Numbered from the stretch's first letter, positions 53,222-62,946 are shown. The stretch is 64,000 nt of DNA from an uncultured Actinomycetota bacterium (GCA_963824605.1 CAWGPZ010000006.1:193191-257190), one strand, 5' to 3'. Notes: generated by a model not told the origin, from the sequence alone. Program-made: numbers and translations.

Positions 53222-54796
53222 GTGACAGCGGAGAGTTTTGACACCGTCCTCGTCGTCGACTTCGGCGCCCAGTACGCCCAGTTGATCGCCCGACGTGTGC
53301 GCGAGGCGCGGGTCTACAGCGAGATCGTGCCGCACACGATGCCGGTGGCCGAGATGCTGGCCAAGAAGCCCGCGGCGATCATCCTCTCTGGAGGCCCCAG
53401 CAGCGTCTACGCCGAAGGGGCGCCCCAGGTCGAGAACGACCTCTTCACGGCGGGTGTCCCTGCCTTCGGCATCTGCTACGGGTTCCAGGCAATGGCGCAG
53501 GCGCTCGGTGGAGAGGTGGCCCGCACAGGCACCTCTGAGTACGGCCGCACGCCGCTGAAGGTCGTCGACCTCGAGTCTGCGCTCTTCGCAGACCTGCCCG
53601 ACGACCTGTCGGTATGGATGTCGCACGGTGACTCGGTGACCGCCGCCCCGGCCGGCTTCTCCGTGTCGGCAATGAGCGAGGGCGCGCCCGTGGCGGCATT
53701 CGAGAGCCTCGATCAGCGCATGGCGGGCGTCCAGTTCCACCCTGAGGTCATGCACTCACAGCACGGGCAGCAGGTGCTTGAGCACTTTCTGTTCGAGATC
53801 GCCGGATGCCGTCCCACCTGGACGATGAGCAACGTCATCGACGAGCAGGTCGAGATCATTCGCGCGCAGGTGGGCGACAAGCTGGTCATCTGCGGACTCT
53901 CGGGCGGCGTCGACTCTGCCGTGGCGGCGGCACTGGTTCAGCGGGCCGTCGGCGAGCAGCTCACCTGCGTGTTCGTCAACCACGGCCTGCTGCGCGCCGG
54001 TGAGGCCGAGCAGGTCGAGAAGGACTTCGTCGCGGCCACAGGGGTCAGGCTCAAGGTCGTCGAGGCCGAGAGTCGCTTTCTTGGTGCGCTGACCGGCGTG
54101 AGCGATCCCGAACAGAAGCGCAAGATCATCGGTCGCGAGTTCATCCGCGTCTTCGAGGACGCTGCGGCTGAGGTGGTCACCGATGCCGGAGCGCACGGTC
54201 AGCAGGTCGAGTTCCTGGTGCAGGGCACGCTCTATCCGGACGTGGTCGAGAGTGGCGGTGGCACCGGTACAGCCAACATCAAGAGCCACCACAACGTGGG
54301 CGGCCTGCCGGACGACCTGCAGTTCGCCTTGGTCGAGCCCCTGCGCACGCTCTTCAAGGACGAGGTCCGGGCAGTCGGTGAGCAGCTCGGTCTTCCCTCC
54401 GAGATCGTCTGGCGGCACCCTTTCCCGGGGCCGGGGCTCGGTATTCGGATCATTGGTGAGGTCACCCATGATCGCCTCGAGACCCTGCGGGCGGCTGACG
54501 CGATCGCTCGCGAAGAGCTCACCCGTGCCGGTCTCGACTCCGACGTCTGGCAGTTCCCCGTCGTGCTGCTCGCCGAGGTGCGATCGGTGGGCGTCCAAGG
54601 CGATAGCCGCACCTATGGTCACCCCGTCGTGCTTCGCCCGGTGTCGAGCGAGGACGCAATGACGGCCGACTGGTCGCGACTGCCCTTCGACGTGGTGGCC
54701 AAGATCTCGACCCGCATCACCAACGAGGTGCGCGAGATCAACCGAGTCGTGCTCGACGTCACCAGCAAGCCACCGGGCACGATCGAGTGGGAGTAG
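53222..54796 (+). CDS. guaA: GMP synthase (glutamine-hydrolysing)
   Basis: 524-aa ORF, GTG start, GATase Cys loop GICYGFQ and PP-loop SGGVDS. Confidence 0.95.
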   Translation: MTAESFDTVLVVDFGAQYAQLIARRVREARVYSEIVPHTMPVAEMLAKKPAAIILSGGPSSVYAEGAPQVENDLFTAGVPAFGICYGFQAMAQALGGEVARTGTSEYGRTPLKVVDLESALFADLPDDLSVWMSHGDSVTAAPAGFSVSAMSEGAPVAAFESLDQRMAGVQFHPEVMHSQHGQQVLEHFLFEIAGCRPTWTMSNVIDEQVEIIRAQVGDKLVICGLSGGVDSAVAAALVQRAVGEQLTCVFVNHGLLRAGEAEQVEKDFVAATGVRLKVVEAESRFLGALTGVSDPEQKRKIIGREFIRVFEDAAAEVVTDAGAHGQQVEFLVQGTLYPDVVESGGGTGTANIKSHHNVGGLPDDLQFALVEPLRTLFKDEVRAVGEQLGLPSEIVWRHPFPGPGLGIRIIGEVTHDRLETLRAADAIAREELTRAGLDSDVWQFPVVLLAEVRSVGVQGDSRTYGHPVVLRPVSSEDAMTADWSRLPFDVVAKISTRITNEVREINRVVLDVTSKPPGTIEWE

Positions 54797-54839
54797 TTCA
54801 GCCAAGGCTGACCTGCGGTTCTTGCGACTTGGCGCGCAG

Positions 54840-55070
54840 ATGCAGCGGTTCGACGAGGACCTCACCGATCAGCAGGCAGCACACCTGCTTGGCTGCCGCC
54901 CTTCCACTGTTCGAGCCACCTCGTCGAGGGCTCTGGCAAGGCTGCGGGCCCAACACGTGTCTGAAGGGCGGTTGTCGCCATGAGCGATCTGGACCAGCAG
55001 CTGCGCGACCTCTTCCAAAAACCGGGCGGAAACCGTTGGGCCGCCTCCCCCTCTTCCCCCAGCCCTTAGC
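54840..55070 (+). pseudogene. Remnant of an ECF sigma factor (region 4 only, 47 aa) translationally coupled (ATGA) to a truncated anti-sigma N-terminus (29 aa)
   Basis: MQRFDEDLTDQQAAHLLGCRPSTVRATSSRALARLRAQHV... is a sigma region-4 HTH. The upstream part of the gene is absent because guaA ends at 54796. MSDLDQQLRDLF... stops after 29 codons. Confidence 0.6.
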
Positions 55071-55458
55071 GGAGGTTCCTAGTCGCCCCGGTGGAGACGT
55101 CACCGTCAGTGGTTGCTGGTTCCTGCCGCTGTTCTGATCACCGGAGCGGTGGTGATTCCGGTCGCGCTGGTACGGCAGAGCACCGGCGTCACCACCACCA
55201 TGCCGGCACAAGAGGCACGAGCCATGGGCCATGGAGCTCTGCCAGTCGCGGCCCTCAGAAAGGTTGCCCGCCCAGGACGATGTTCCCACGATGAGTGCGG
55301 TCGCCTCCGCCGCCTTGTCTCGGATTCGAGATGGACGGTGGACGCTACCTGTCACCGCCTCTCGTCGATTGGCTCAAGGATGTCTTCGCCCCATCGCCGT
55401 GACGGGATCCGTGGGCAGCACCGATCGGTGCCCTGCGCATTCCGCGTAGGGTGGCTGA

Positions 55459-56181
55459 GTGCGTAGACGACTCGCTCAGGCTGCTGCCGCCACAGTTGGC
55501 GCGGTGGCGGCACTGTCTGCCTGCAGTGACTCCCCGTCACCGTCCTTCGAGGCGTTCGAAGTGTCACCTGAGTCGTCGACCTCGACGCCGACCACGACGC
55601 CTTCTTCGGCCTCACCCCGAGCTTCCGAGCCGTCTTCGGCTTCTGCATCAAACCCCAGCGACGGGAGACCCCGGCGGGCTCTTCTGAGCATCCCGGCGCT
55701 GGCCATCCGTGAGCTGCCGGTGGTTCCGTACGTCGGCAAGACTGATGACGCGCGAGGTACCAAGATCCAAGATCGTGGACTCGCGGCGAGCCCGCACGGC
55801 CCGATGGGGGGAGTCGGACCTGGAGGGGTGGGCAACTACCAGGTCACAGCGCACCGGTTGTCGTCGACGCAGGCCTTCTTGACGCTCCCGGATCTTCGCG
55901 TCGGTCAGCTCGCCGTCGTCGAGACAGCGGACACCCGCTACGTCTACAAGATCCGCGACACGCGCAAGACGTCTTTCCGGTCGCCTCAGTCACTCGAAGA
56001 GCAACGTGCGGCGGTGCCCGGCCAGCCTGGCCAACCGGCGACTCGGGCGCATCTCACGTTGTCCACCTGTGCGACGCCGGAAGACCATGCTCAGGGCAAC
56101 TTCTGGTCGGACAGGTTCAACAACCCGGAGCACCGCATCGACAAGGTTGGCGTGCTCGTGCGAACCGAGACCTTCGACTAG
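55459..56181 (+). CDS. Class E-like sortase with lipoprotein-type signal
   Basis: Lipobox LSAC, Ser/Thr/Pro linker, and sortase catalytic motifs TAHR and TLSTC. Confidence 0.7.
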   Translation: MRRRLAQAAAATVGAVAALSACSDSPSPSFEAFEVSPESSTSTPTTTPSSASPRASEPSSASASNPSDGRPRRALLSIPALAIRELPVVPYVGKTDDARGTKIQDRGLAASPHGPMGGVGPGGVGNYQVTAHRLSSTQAFLTLPDLRVGQLAVVETADTRYVYKIRDTRKTSFRSPQSLEEQRAAVPGQPGQPATRAHLTLSTCATPEDHAQGNFWSDRFNNPEHRIDKVGVLVRTETFD

Positions 56182-56184
56182 AGC

Positions 56185-57228
56185 TCAACTCGACTTGCCG
56201 TCGAAGAACCTGATGACGCGGTCCATCGAGGCGTTGAACGCGGGGACGAATGCGTGCTCGTCGTCGTACCACGCTAAGGCGGAGTCAACCCCCGCCTGGT
56301 TGAGTGCGCGCTGGGTCGCTGTCGCCCAACGGGGCGGACAGGTGGTGTCGCGGCGCCCGTGAACGAGGAGCACGGGTTCAGTGACCCGCTCAAAGTAGGG
56401 TCGCGACGAGTTCTCACGCCAGAAACGCGGGTTCTCCTCCGGAGTTCCGTACCGGCGAGACAAGCGGTCCCGCAATCCGGAGTCCTCCGGATCCGGCCGG
56501 ATGAACTGGTTGTAGTTGTCACGCTCCATGGAGGAGACCGACGAATAGGCGACCGCCGCCCGCACCAGCCCCGGCTCGGCGATGAGTGCCTTGAGGACCA
56601 CACCTCCGCCCATGGACCGACCGAACAGGAACACCTGGTCGTCGGCGACGGGGACATCGCGCGAGCCCCGTAAGGCCTTGACGGCGTTGATGACGTCGGC
56701 GCTGTAGCCCAGCCGCATACGAACCTGAAACAGTGGGTCGTCGTCAGACCTGGCATGGTTTCGATAGTCGACGTGCAGAGCGATGTAACCGCGGTTCGCC
56801 AGATAGTCGCGCTCCCGCGTCATGCCCTGCCCGCGCACGTAGATCGCAGGGTCGATGTACCCATGCGCCAACACGACGGCTGGGAATGGACCCGGTCCCC
56901 GCGGCACGTTGAGAACTCCCGTGATGGTGTATGACTCCTCACCCTTGGGCGTTGTGTCGCGGCTCCGGTACCGGACGTTGTAGGAGGTGTACGCGGCGTC
57001 CTGGCTCCTTACCGCCCCGATCCGCAGCCGATCGCCTCGGTGGCGCTGGTTGGCAAGACCCAGCACCGAGACCGGTCGCGCCGGTTGCTCCTCGGCCGCT
57101 CCATCCTGCATCGCGGTGGAGTCGGGCTCGGCCGATGGCGGTTCTCGTGTGCTCTCTACGGCGGCTGGCGCACTCGGCCCAGCCGCTTCGCCGGAATGAG
57201 CCGATATCGTCAGTGCTGCAGCCGGCAA
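56185..57228 (-). CDS. Alpha/beta hydrolase, S9 peptidase/dienelactone-hydrolase-like
   Basis: GRSMGG nucleophile elbow. The start is uncertain: TTG at 57228 or the internal ATG at ~57111. Confidence 0.7.
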   Translation of the reverse strand: MPAAALTISAHSGEAAGPSAPAAVESTREPPSAEPDSTAMQDGAAEEQPARPVSVLGLANQRHRGDRLRIGAVRSQDAAYTSYNVRYRSRDTTPKGEESYTITGVLNVPRGPGPFPAVVLAHGYIDPAIYVRGQGMTRERDYLANRGYIALHVDYRNHARSDDDPLFQVRMRLGYSADVINAVKALRGSRDVPVADDQVFLFGRSMGGGVVLKALIAEPGLVRAAVAYSSVSSMERDNYNQFIRPDPEDSGLRDRLSRRYGTPEENPRFWRENSSRPYFERVTEPVLLVHGRRDTTCPPRWATATQRALNQAGVDSALAWYDDEHAFVPAFNASMDRVIRFFDGKSS

Positions 57229-57464
57229 GGATCACGGCACTCACGGCACTCACGGCACTGGTGCGGAGAATTCTGCTCACCAGTCCATTGTGACTCTGCT
57301 CGGGGGATCGAGCATGTGCTGCGAGCAGTGCTGTACGCCTGGGAACCGCCCACGTGAACCCCTGCTGATCACGAGGAGTCCTCAGGGGTTTCCCCAAAGG
57401 GCCGATCCTTACTCGGAGGTCAACACGAGCAGCGCTGGTTCGGGGCCGGCACGGGGGAGCAGAC

Positions 57465-58295
57465 ATGTCCGGACGCTCATGGCCCGTAGCCGCTCTGACG
57501 CTTGGGCTCTGCATGACCCTGCTCGGAACTGGGCTGCTCTATGTCGAGGTGCGCGAGTCGTCTCGGGCCGCTGAGTCTCTCGACCGCCGCCTACCAGGCT
57601 CCTGGCTCGCTCAAGTCGAAGACAGAGGCGAACATCCCCGCCCTGCAGGACGCCCAGCAGAGCCTGGCAGCGATCGAGATGACCTATCCGGGGGCGGTCA
57701 GCGAGGCCTGTCTCATCGACCTGGACACTGGGCGCGAACTGGCGAGAATCGTTGACGGTGAGGTCGCCCCACCCGCTGACCTCTCGCCGGATGAAACAGG
57801 GGCTACCTTCTTCAAGCCAACTTCCAAGCAACCGGTCGGGGTTCCGTTTCAGTCGCTTCCATATGTGTCAGAAGACACCGGCCTCTGGGTCGTGGCCACG
57901 GCCACGCTCGTCGAGGTCGACGGGAAGCCCGAGGCCCTGGTGCACTTCGAGGGAGCATTTAGAGCCTTCGTGAGGCCCTGGCGGCGTCTGGGAGCGAGTC
58001 TCACCTGAGGGTCGTGGACGCGCTGTCGGGTGCGGTCATCATCGATGGAGACATCCATCAGCAGCGAGCGGCGTCTGAGCAGGTCGTGCAGGCTATGTCA
58101 CAGGTGGCTGCGATGTCGCAGGAGTTCGCGGCGGAGTCGCGGCAGACCTCGGCTTCTGCGGAGGAGATCACCGAGCTGGCCAGCGACTTCTCGGCGGCCA
58201 TCGATCGTTTCGACGTCTCAGGGGCGACCGCCCCTGTGCCGCCCCGACCGGGCGAGGCTCCCGCGGGCAGGATTGCTCAAGAAAGGTCAAACTAG
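57465..58295 (+). pseudogene. Fragmented methyl-accepting chemotaxis protein-like gene
   Basis: Three consecutive ORFs in frames 0, 1, 0. The N-terminal TM is MSGRSWPVAALTLGLCMTLLGTGLLYV. The C-terminus SEQVVQAMSQVAAMSQEFAAESRQTSASAEEITELASDFSAAIDRFDV matches the MCP signalling-domain tip. The ~250-aa methylation and signalling helices are missing. Confidence 0.55.
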
Positions 58296-58390
58296 TCCTA
58301 AAGAACTAGTCCCAGCGGTCCGAAGAAGTAGTTACCCCTTCCCAGGGCCCCTTCCAGAAGTACCCAGAGTTCCACAGAAAGTCAGGTGCC

Positions 58391-58558
58391 ATGGACTGGC
58401 AGCGATTCGATTGGCCGGCATTGTCTGGTGAACCGGATCAAGACTGGTTCGAGTACCTGGAACGTCGTGGGTGGACCGTGAGCCCGGTGCCTTCGGTGGC
58501 CCGGATCGGCTCGCGGAACTACCTCCGATTTCTCGGCTGGCGGGCCCGCTCGGTGTAG
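58391..58558 (+). CDS. Small hypothetical protein (55 aa, Trp-rich)
   Basis: ATG ORF MDWQRFDWPALSGEPDQDWFEYLERRGWTVSPV... directly downstream of a low-GC direct-repeat region. Confidence 0.3.
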   Translation: MDWQRFDWPALSGEPDQDWFEYLERRGWTVSPVPSVARIGSRNYLRFLGWRARSV

Positions 58559-58620
58559 ACCGCGCGGGCCCCGCCCGGGCCGGTCCCATCTCCACCTCCG
58601 TCCGTGGCAGGATCACCACC

Positions 58621-59070
58621 GTGGTTCAGGCCGTTCAGGACATCCAACGCGTTGCTGCCTACGGGCTGGTGCAGCGCGCGGACCGACTGCTACTGGTCCA
58701 ACTGACCCACAGGACTCCTTCCGCCGGTTCTTGGTCGCTGCCCGGCGGCGGAATTGACCACGGTGAGCACCCCGCCGACGCGGTGGTGCGCGAGCTGTAC
58801 GAGGAGACCGGACTGCGGGGTCGTGTCGTCGAACTGCTCGACGTCGACTCGCACTTCCGGGAGCACTACCTCGACCAAGAGGTTCTCGAGCGCTACCACG
58901 CGGTACGGATCCTCTACCGCGTCACCGTTGACTCCGACGGCCCCCTCACGGTCATCGATGCAGACGGCAGCTCTGACTCCCCGACCTGGTACTCGCTCGC
59001 CGACGTGAGGTCGCTGCGGCTGACGCCGATCGCCTCGCGAGGGCTGCAGTTCACTGGTGCGTCAGGGTGA
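58621..59070 (+). CDS. NUDIX hydrolase
   Basis: Nudix box GGGIDHGEHPADAVVRELYEETGL. The GTG at 58621 is the likely start; the listed ORF extends to 58471. Confidence 0.8.
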   Translation: MVQAVQDIQRVAAYGLVQRADRLLLVQLTHRTPSAGSWSLPGGGIDHGEHPADAVVRELYEETGLRGRVVELLDVDSHFREHYLDQEVLERYHAVRILYRVTVDSDGPLTVIDADGSSDSPTWYSLADVRSLRLTPIASRGLQFTGASG

Positions 59071-59346
59071 TGGCGGCGTGGTGAGCTGAGCGGCTACGTC
59101 GTCGTTGTCAGCTGATTCAGCCGACTCCGAGGTGACGAGTTCAGCGCGAGCCTCACGGCCGCTGGACCTGAAGGTGCTCAGGGCTCCGGCGATTCCCGCG
59201 ATTCCGAGGGCGATGAGCGCGACGGGCAGAACCCAGCGTCCGTCGACGTCCCACGAGAGCTGATCAGCAAGCAGGTAGACCGCTGCGGCCCCGCCGAAGA
59301 TCACGGCGAACAGGAACGACGTCATGTCAAAGGGATGCGGCTTCAT
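59062..59346 (-). CDS. Small two-TM membrane protein
   Basis: 94-aa ORF whose start overlaps (ATGA) the stop of the upstream LiaF-like gene. Confidence 0.55.
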   Translation of the reverse strand: MKPHPFDMTSFLFAVIFGGAAAVYLLADQLSWDVDGRWVLPVALIALGIAGIAGALSTFRSSGREARAELVTSESAESADNDDVAAQLTTPPSP

Positions 59347-60564
59347 GGGGTGACCTCCTGGGTGTCGTCGATGACCGTCACGTCCCCGAGGCCCACGCTG
59401 AGGTCGAGGGTGAGGACCGGTGGTGGGGCGAGGGCGAAGCGGGACCAGGTGCGATCCATCCCGAAGCCACTCTGCTCTCCCGAACCAGGGAACGTGATCG
59501 TTCCCACGCCGACGTCGGCCGCGGCATCCACCCGCACGTCATCGGGCAGCAGCACCGTCAGCTCGCCAGCTCCCACGGAGGCATCGATATCGGTCGAGGT
59601 CGTGATATCGACGCGACGAAGGTCGAGCACGAGCGTCCCGGCACCGAGCTCGTAGGCCCCGAGCAGATCGGTCTCACTGGTCACTCGGTAGAGGCGGTCG
59701 CCGGTGCCGCCGTCGATGGAGAAGCCCTCCGGGACCGCGGCCATGGGAATGAGGGCCAGCGTCAACGCGACGCCGAGAGCGATCAGCCACCGCGAGCGCC
59801 CGAAGAAGGTTCCGACCAGGAGTCCCGGGCCACCACGCCCAGGCTCGCTGCCAGGACGGTTACTGCGTCGACGGCGACGATGTCGGCGAGATTCAGTGCG
59901 ATCAGGGCGCCGGCGACCAGGAGGGCGAGACCGAACGTGAGTCGTCCCAGAGCTGATCTCTCCTTGGGAGGAGGCGGCGGAGGGGGAGTTGTCGGCAGAG
60001 CAAGAGTTGGCGCCGTCGGGCCGGCGGCTCCGGCGTACGGGACGGCTTGTCCGGAGTGCGGCGTCGGGGGCTGGGGCACGGCGGGTGCAGGGGAGAGGTC
60101 GTCGCCCGGTCGCTCCGGCGCGTCAGCGCGACGACTCCGGCAATGACCAGGAAGAGCAGGACGATCCCGCCGAATCCGGGGCCGTCGCCCCACAGACCCC
60201 ACGCGAGCATCGGACCGACGAGGAAGATTCCGACGAGAACTGCGGCCGCGATGGCCAGCGCGTTGTGCTCTCGAAAGAAGCGCTCGCCGGTGGAGTCGGC
60301 GCGGCCCTCCTCGGGGATGAAGAGCCAACCGGCCAGGTAGAGGACGACGCCGCTGCCGCCGAAGATGGCGAGCACGACGAAGGTGACGCGAACCAGGATG
60401 GGGTCGATGCCGAGGCTGCGGGCGATCCCACCTGCTACGCCGCCCAGCACGTTGGCGTCACCGGTGGTGCGCCGCAGGGCAGGACGCGGTGGTGCCGGAG
60501 GCGGGGAGGGGGGCGGGGTGAATCCGGGCGGAGGCGGGGCGTACCCCGTGTCGTTCTCTGTCAT
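59343..60564 (-). pseudogene. PspC-domain/LiaF-like (toastrack C-terminal) membrane protein gene split across three reading frames (two apparent frameshifts at G/C homopolymers)
   Basis: Frame A from the ATG at 60564 holds the PspC domain (LRRTTGDANVLGGVAGGIARSLGIDPILVRVTFVVLAIFGGSGVVLYLAGWLF) and two TM helices. Frame B holds TM RLTFGLALLVAGALIALNL. Frame C holds TM WLIALGVALTLALIPMAAV plus a beta-rich C-terminal domain. GC3 supports frame switches near 59985 and 59820. Confidence 0.55.
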
Positions 60565-60707
60565 GGCTCCATCCCATCGCGAGCCGGGGCTGCGCACATC
60601 GGGCGAAAGCCCTGAACCAACCCTGAGATGCCACCCCCACGCATCGTGGCCGAACTCGAGGGCGGTCCCGGACGCCACGCGCCACCCGGACACGCCACGA
60701 TAGGGGG

Positions 60708-61925
60708 GTGACCAGCACCGCATCGCCCGACGAGGTAGCCCCGGCCGTGCCGAGACTGACCCGCGCCTCGTCAGGACGAATGGTCGGAGGAGTTGCACGC
60801 GGCATTGCCGAGCACCTTCGCGTCGACGTGTGGTGGGTGCGTGGGGCATTCGTGGGCCTGGCCTTCATCGGTGGGTCCGGGTTCTTGGCCTACGCGATCC
60901 TGTGGGCGCTGGTGCCCCTTGACTCCAAGCCGCGAACCTCGGGTGCTGAGCGCCCTGTCATGGTCGATGGCCGTGGTGCCGAGAGCTCGCTGCTGCTGGT
61001 CCTGGGCGCCACCGGTGTCGTGCTGGGTGGCTTGCTGCTGGCGTCGATCATGGGCATGGACGTCGGAACCTTGTGGCCGCTGGCGGTCGCCGGCCTTGGG
61101 GCTGCGCTGATCTGGCTACGTGCCGATGATGGCCAACGGGAACGGTTGCGTTCCGGTGTGGAAGGACGGCGCTCCGGTCCACTGCAGATCGGGCTCGGAG
61201 CCGTGTTGGTGCTCGTCGGACTGATCGCATTCGGCGTGGGCGGCGTCGGGCTCGGACAAGCCGGCGCGTTGCTCGCAGCGGTGGTGGTGGTCGTCGTCGG
61301 GATCGCACTGGTGGTGAGCCCGTTCGCCTTGCGGCTGTGGCGCGACCGGGACGCCGAGCGGCGTGCGCGCATTCGCAGTGAAGAGCGCGCCGAGATAGCG
61401 GCGCAGGTGCACGACTCGGTGCTGCAGACCCTCAACCTCATTCAGCGCAACGCCTCCGACGCGCAAGCTGTGTCCCGGATCGCCCGCGCTCAGGAGCGGG
61501 ACCTGCGTCGATGGTTGTACCCGGACCCTTCGCCACTGGCCTCGTCGTTCCGGGTGGCGCTCGAAGAGATGGCTGCCGACGTCGAGGACACCTACGGCGT
61601 GCGGGTGGATGTGGTGTGTGTGGGGGACGTAGTGTCGAGCGAACCGCTTTCGGCGCTCCTGCAGGCGACACGAGAGGCGCTGGCGAACGCCGGCCGTCAC
61701 TCAGGAGCCGAAGCGGTGTCGGTGTACGCCGAGATGACCGACGTCGAGGTGACCGTCCACGTACGTGACAGAGGTGTGGGGTTCGTGCTGAGCGAGGTAC
61801 CGACTGACCGCATGGGCGTCCGTGAATCGATCCTCGGACGCCTTGAGCGGCATGGTGGCCGGGCCTCGGTCACCAGCGAACCAGGTGAGGGAACCCGAGT
61901 AGAGCTGGTGATGGAGACTCCATGA
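60708..61925 (+). CDS. Sensor histidine kinase with N-terminal PspC domain (LiaS/HisKA_3-type)
   Basis: PspC motif MVGGVARGIAEHLRVDVWWVRGAFVGLAFIGGSGFLAYAILWALVP, then four or more TM segments, an H-box AAQVHDSVLQTL and HATPase_c. GTG start with a gggggg SD. Confidence 0.85.
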   Translation: MTSTASPDEVAPAVPRLTRASSGRMVGGVARGIAEHLRVDVWWVRGAFVGLAFIGGSGFLAYAILWALVPLDSKPRTSGAERPVMVDGRGAESSLLLVLGATGVVLGGLLLASIMGMDVGTLWPLAVAGLGAALIWLRADDGQRERLRSGVEGRRSGPLQIGLGAVLVLVGLIAFGVGGVGLGQAGALLAAVVVVVVGIALVVSPFALRLWRDRDAERRARIRSEERAEIAAQVHDSVLQTLNLIQRNASDAQAVSRIARAQERDLRRWLYPDPSPLASSFRVALEEMAADVEDTYGVRVDVVCVGDVVSSEPLSALLQATREALANAGRHSGAEAVSVYAEMTDVEVTVHVRDRGVGFVLSEVPTDRMGVRESILGRLERHGGRASVTSEPGEGTRVELVMETP

Positions 61926-62584
61926 TCACTGACACTCACGCCGCGGCCGTTCCGACGGTCGTCCTCGTGGACGACCATCGGATGTTCCGCACCGGAGTGC
62001 GCACCGAGCTCGGTGGCCAGGTCGAGATCGTCGGCGAGGCCGAGGACGTCGACTCGGCTGTGGCAGTGGTCCTGCGGACTCGCCCAGACGTCGTCCTTCT
62101 CGATGTTCACCTGCCCGGAGGCAACGGGCCTGAGGTGATCAAACAGGTCGGCGAACAGGCACCTGACACCCGATTCCTGGCTCTGTCGGTGTCTGACGCG
62201 GCCGAAGATGTCATTGCCACCATCCGGGCAGGTGCGCGCGGGTACGTCACCAAGTCGATCAGCGGGCCCGATCTCGCCGATGCCGTCCGGCAGGTTGCCG
62301 CCGGCGATGCGGTGTTCTCTCCGCGCTTGGCCGGGTTCGTGCTGGACGCGTTCGCCGGCTCCGTCGAGGTGGCCGAGATCGATGAAGAGCTCGACCGTCT
62401 GACGCCGCGAGAGCGCGACGTCATGCGTCTGATCGCCAGGGGTTACACGTATCGAGAGGCGGCGTCCGAGCTCTTCCTGTCGATCAAGACGATCGAGACG
62501 CATGTGTCGAGTGTGCTGCGCAAGCTGCAGCTGTCGAACCGCAATGAACTAGCCCGGTGGGCGTCCGATCGTCGGCTCACCTGA
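61922..62584 (+). CDS. LuxR/NarL-family response regulator (LiaR-like)
   Basis: ATGA overlap with the kinase gene. REC domain (VLVDDH...LLDVHLPG) plus LuxR HTH. Confidence 0.9.
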   Translation: MITDTHAAAVPTVVLVDDHRMFRTGVRTELGGQVEIVGEAEDVDSAVAVVLRTRPDVVLLDVHLPGGNGPEVIKQVGEQAPDTRFLALSVSDAAEDVIATIRAGARGYVTKSISGPDLADAVRQVAAGDAVFSPRLAGFVLDAFAGSVEVAEIDEELDRLTPRERDVMRLIARGYTYREAASELFLSIKTIETHVSSVLRKLQLSNRNELARWASDRRLT

Positions 62585-62601
62585 CGCCCTACAGTGACGC
62601 C

Positions 62602-62946
62602 ATGGAGTTTCTCGAGCACACTCTCGTCGTCCTGCACTTCATTGGACTCGCCAGCCTGCTGGGCGGGTTTCTCGTGCAGATCAAGACGACCCCGCGAGTG
62701 GTCAACAGCGCCATGGTGCACGGCATCATCACTCAGCTGGTGACAGGAATCCTGCTTGTCGGTCTGGCCGAGTCCGACGATGCTCCTGTCGACCATGCGA
62801 AGGTTGGCGTCAAGCTTGCCGTGGCTGTCGTCGTCGCTGTCCTCGTCTTCGCCAACCGCAAGCGTGACGTGCTCACCACCGCCGCGTGGGGGCTCATCGG
62901 TGGGCTGACGGTCCTGAACATCGTCATCGCTGTCTTCTGGCGCTGA
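62602..62946 (+). CDS. Small polytopic membrane protein (4 TM)
   Basis: ATG at 62602, product MEFLEHTLVVLHFIGLASLLGG.... The listed ORF 62557..62946 overlaps the regulator's stop. Confidence 0.55.
   Translation: MEFLEHTLVVLHFIGLASLLGGFLVQIKTTPRVVNSAMVHGIITQLVTGILLVGLAESDDAPVDHAKVGVKLAVAVVVAVLVFANRKRDVLTTAAWGLIGGLTVLNIVIAVFWR

Noticed and set aside
55113-55466. 117-aa ORF starting with a TM-like segment
   Set aside because: After the hydrophobic stretch the sequence is Arg-rich and low-complexity. It is treated as part of the decayed anti-sigma remnant rather than an intact gene.
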